Source: Trichomonas gallinae (lineage: Eukaryota). Taken from it: 52,719 nt of DNA. Numbering within the stretch: position 1 is the first letter of the stretch; the number at the start of each line of letters is the position of its first letter. The stretch lies in assembly GCA_008369845.1 (NCBI GenBank), contig MRSU01005835.1, positions 1 to 52,719 on the forward strand. Direction: 5' to 3'. Positions 49,488-52,719 of the stretch are shown piece by piece. The notes beneath the pieces were generated by a model. The model had not been told where the DNA came from, did not search any database, and saw nothing but the letters and a program-made list of their open reading frames with translations. A program made the translations under genes and the position numbers.

Positions 49488-50651
49488 TTAATCATTTTTG
49501 TTCTTTGATGGTGCAAGTTTTTTCTTCAACTCTTCAGAAATGGTGTTTAGCGATGTTTCTATCGAAGATAATGCGAACATTGCATTAACAGATGTACATC
49601 TTGCTTTTTCATCAGGCGAAACATCCCACGAGCAGCCTAGCATGTTGAATATATCATCAATTTCTTTGTAGACTTCAGAATACATTTTTTCATCTTGATA
49701 ATTTACAGGAATGTCACCAAACTTTGCTTCTCTTTCGTCTAGTTTCACTTCCAGCGCGTTAACTTCTTCTTGTAGTTTTTTCTTCTGTTCATTAGTTTCG
49801 AAAATTGTTTGGAATAAACTGTTATTATCCGATTGTAAGCGCTCTGCTTCAGTGAATATGTCATCGAAAGAGTTAACGCGAAGTAATTCGACAGTTTTGT
49901 TGATTTTTTCTTGAAATTCATCGACTTTTGCTCGAACGAAGTCTTTTTGGCTCAATTGGTTGTCAGGCTGATGCAAGATAATTAGTTTTTGCGTTTCTAT
50001 TATTTTTGCAATGGCTGCTAAGTCTTGCTTCACTGCGCTTTCATCTTTTGGATCATTTGATTGAATTACCATTCCTTCGAGTTTCTCTTTGTACATTTGT
50101 AGAAAGTTATCTGTGCTTGACTTTGGTGTTGAGTTTTTTGTAATTTGCTGGCTTTGTTCAATTATTTTTAAATTTCTTGTTCTAAGTTCATCGAGAAGCA
50201 TTTGTTTCTCAGTTAATCTAGACGTATTTATGTTATATTGATTCACATTATTGACGATTTTAGCTTCTAGTTGTGAAATTCTCGCGGCAATATCATTTTC
50301 TTTTAATTGGAAATGATCTGACTTGTGTCCTGATCTGTATTTTACTATACAGTCATCTAAAACCTTATTTTTAAGTTCTTCTGATGCCAAATCTGCTGAT
50401 AATAGCTGTAATTGATTTTGATATCCTAAAATAGATTGTTTTAACTTAGCTACATCTGGCAAATCGTAACCGCTGCTTCGACTGGATGAAAAATCTCGAC
50501 TTGTTATTGATGAAGAATTTACAGAGCTAATCTCGTTATTTTTATCAGGTGAAGCCAGAAGATCCTTTCTTAGTGCAACAAGAAGCTCGCTGTTAGGGAA
50601 GTTGAGTTTCTTGAGCCTTTGCCTGAATCCCTGGCAAGAAACGTCGTACAT
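49488..50651 (-). CDS. Coiled-coil protein, ODA docking complex DC2 (CCDC63/CCDC114)-like
   Basis: SFDDIFTEAERLQSDNNSLFQTIFETNEQ..LQEEV, IDDIFNMLGC and TSVNAMFALSSIE resemble DC2-family C-terminal blocks. Start moved to ATG 50651. Confidence 0.6.
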   Translation of the reverse strand: MYDVSCQGFRQRLKKLNFPNSELLVALRKDLLASPDKNNEISSVNSSSITSRDFSSSRSSGYDLPDVAKLKQSILGYQNQLQLLSADLASEELKNKVLDDCIVKYRSGHKSDHFQLKENDIAARISQLEAKIVNNVNQYNINTSRLTEKQMLLDELRTRNLKIIEQSQQITKNSTPKSSTDNFLQMYKEKLEGMVIQSNDPKDESAVKQDLAAIAKIIETQKLIILHQPDNQLSQKDFVRAKVDEFQEKINKTVELLRVNSFDDIFTEAERLQSDNNSLFQTIFETNEQKKKLQEEVNALEVKLDEREAKFGDIPVNYQDEKMYSEVYKEIDDIFNMLGCSWDVSPDEKARCTSVNAMFALSSIETSLNTISEELKKKLAPSKNKND

Positions 50652-51151
50652 CAAATAAAAATCCTTCCTTCAAACAAAATGAAAAAAAAATTGTAAATTA
50701 AATTGATGATCTACTAATTACCAAACGAATTTTCGAATTTTGATTTTATTGATAACATAAACATTTTATTTTCCTTCGATTTATCACTATATCTATACAT
50801 TATTACCATTTTTAGCTCATAAACTATCTAATTTTCTTGTAAAACTGAGCTAAACTCAAAGATAAATCAAAAATCAATACATTTCTAATCAATGCATTAT
50901 TTCACTACAAAAATCCTATTAAGCATTGTATAAATCACCATATCAATAAAAGCCAAAACATAGAATATTTAATTCATATCTAAATTTAATAATACATAAT
51001 TGTGTATTTACATATATAAAATCATTTATCTATAATTATTGGATTGTTATTAAATGATAAAATCAATATAAAACAAATAATATCATATTCTAGTGACAAA
51101 TAAAGAAGAAAAAGAGTCTGAGTTTTCAAAAAACATAATATACATAAAGGT

Positions 51152-52504
51152 TTAATAGTCAGAATCTGAATCAAGCTCTTTCTCTCTTTCGATAAGCTTC
51201 TTCGCGTATTGTCTTGCAATTTCCTCATCTTCCTCCATTCTCTGGATTTCTCTATTGTATTCAAGCTTCTCGCGCTCTCTTTCAGCATTCTCTCTTTCAC
51301 GCTTCTCTGCCGCTTGTCTCTTCTGGAAGTCTGCAATTTCGAAGTTGTGGTGCTTCTTCGCGTCATTCCTCTTGATGATCTCGAGGTCTTCCGTCTCATC
51401 GTATAATGGGAAATTGTGCTTCTTCTGCGCCATTTTCCTTGCATTCTGGATCCTGACTGCATCAAGCATCTCCTGGCGCCTCTCTTGTGCGAGTTTCTCC
51501 CTCTTCGCAGTGATGCTTCTGATTGATTCTTCTTCCTTCTTAAGCTGCTCTTCGATTTGCTTGTCCAAGAAATCTGTCTGTTTCTTCTTGATCTTTCTCT
51601 GCCTTTCTGCTTCCATGTCGATAAGTTTCTGTCTTTCACGCGTCTGCTTGAGTCTGCGTTCTTCTTCTTCCTTCTTTCTCCTGTCTTCTTCGTCCATTCT
51701 TCTTTCCGCTTCTTCGAGGAGTTTCTTGTCTTCCGCGAGCTCGATTTCTTTCCGCTTCTTCTTGATTTCCTGCAGAGATCCGTTCTGATTCTTCCACTCT
51801 TCTGCAATGAGCCTCTGCTTCTGTTTCTGTTCAGCCTCTTTGAGCTTCTCTTCGCGTGCGATTCTTTCGTTTTCAATGCGAAGAATTCTGTCGTCTTCGA
51901 GATTCTCTTCTCTCTCAATTCTCTTCTTTCTGATGCGATCTTCTCTCTGTTTGATGATGCTTTGAGCATTGAGTTCGGCCTTTCTCTTCCTTTCTGCGCG
52001 GATTCTTTCTTCCATTGCACACATATCAAGATATTTCTGATATGCTTGTCTATCTTCTTCTGTTTGGCGGTGCATCTCCATAATCTTTTTCTTTTCCTTG
52101 AATAGCCTCTGTTGATCTCTCTCTTCCAAGCATTCCCAAAGTAAAATTTGTGAATTTACAGCGCGAACTTCTGGTCTGTTTTGATATGATAATTTATGTG
52201 CTGCAGCAAGTTCTGCTTCTTTTTGTAGCTTTTTGAACTTCGCGTGCTGCTCATCAATTTCACGTTTTCTTTGCTCTTCTCTTTCTTTCTCTTTTTGTAA
52301 TTTTGTAAGTCTATCACGTCTGCTTGATTGAATTGTGTTCGTCCAATTTGAAACTATTTCTTTTGTACGTTGATGCGCCATTTCTCGTTGACGACGTAGT
52401 TCTTCTTCATAATCATCTTTCTTGCCTAACGCAACTTTCTTAACAGTAGCTAACTGCCGGGGAGTGAGAATAGAATAATCCCTAGCAGGGAGTTTACTGC
52501 ACAT
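51152..52504 (-). CDS. CFAP210: CFAP210/CCDC173-like axonemal microtubule inner protein (TPH domain)
   Basis: HQRTKEIVSNWTNTI...EEQRKREID...YQNRPEVRAVNSQILLWECLEERDQQ followed by E/K/R-rich helix. Start taken at AAAATG 52504, since the track ATG 52570 lies inside a promoter motif. Confidence 0.72.
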   Translation of the reverse strand: MCSKLPARDYSILTPRQLATVKKVALGKKDDYEEELRRQREMAHQRTKEIVSNWTNTIQSSRRDRLTKLQKEKEREEQRKREIDEQHAKFKKLQKEAELAAAHKLSYQNRPEVRAVNSQILLWECLEERDQQRLFKEKKKIMEMHRQTEEDRQAYQKYLDMCAMEERIRAERKRKAELNAQSIIKQREDRIRKKRIEREENLEDDRILRIENERIAREEKLKEAEQKQKQRLIAEEWKNQNGSLQEIKKKRKEIELAEDKKLLEEAERRMDEEDRRKKEEEERRLKQTRERQKLIDMEAERQRKIKKKQTDFLDKQIEEQLKKEEESIRSITAKREKLAQERRQEMLDAVRIQNARKMAQKKHNFPLYDETEDLEIIKRNDAKKHHNFEIADFQKRQAAEKRERENAEREREKLEYNREIQRMEEDEEIARQYAKKLIEREKELDSDSDY

Positions 52505-52719
52505 TTTTAGAATAAGTACGTTTATAGTGCTATTTTTGTCATGTAAAATATTTAATTTGACTTTTGGCATGTAATTTGAATAAAACTGTCATGTAAAATC
52601 TTATTTGTCAAAAATTTACCAGGGTAATGTTCGGTTTCTATTAAGGGATGGCTCAACTATTCAATTTTTATAAAAAAGGGGGTAACATTAAATTAATGGG
52701 GTACTGAACTTCTAGGTTC

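Noticed and set aside
47939..52504. Functional clustering (ADA1 next to HP1-like, ODA-DC2-like next to CFAP210)
   Set aside because: Pairs of this kind are expected by chance among about 27 genes, and no shared regulatory structure is visible.

Overview
Eukaryotic, AT-rich, gene-dense DNA with no introns detected, most likely from a trichomonad parabasalid (Trichomonas vaginalis or a close relative). The assignment is inferred from TCA(C/T)T initiator (Inr) elements just before ATGs, AAAGTGAC motifs, TAAA overlapping many stop codons, a BspA-like surface protein and decayed ankyrin genes. About 27 protein genes are present. Recognisable ones are Pam18, a CAMK-like kinase, a TKL kinase, a Nup98-like nucleoporin, BspA, a TPR/HAT protein, LST8, an FKBP15-like protein, CCT5, CLN3, a bromodomain protein, a degenerate ProRS paralog, TBCC, NOC4, a Rab, ADA1, an HP1-like protein, an ODA-DC2-like protein and CFAP210. 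There are also two ankyrin pseudogenes. Best leads: (1) a catalytically intact kinase with an MLKL/HeLo-like N-terminal four-helix bundle, a candidate membrane-permeabilising cell-death or immune executor; (2) a strongly codon-optimised but motif-degenerate prolyl-tRNA pseudo-synthetase; (3) two unannotated structured-RNA candidates (44793-44896 minus, 26120-26283 plus); (4) a recurrent upstream motif TTTAC(A/G)TG(T/A/G)CA, often in phased arrays. All family calls come from motif recognition by eye; no database search was run. Several ORF-track starts (TTG/GTG) were moved to the first plausible ATG.
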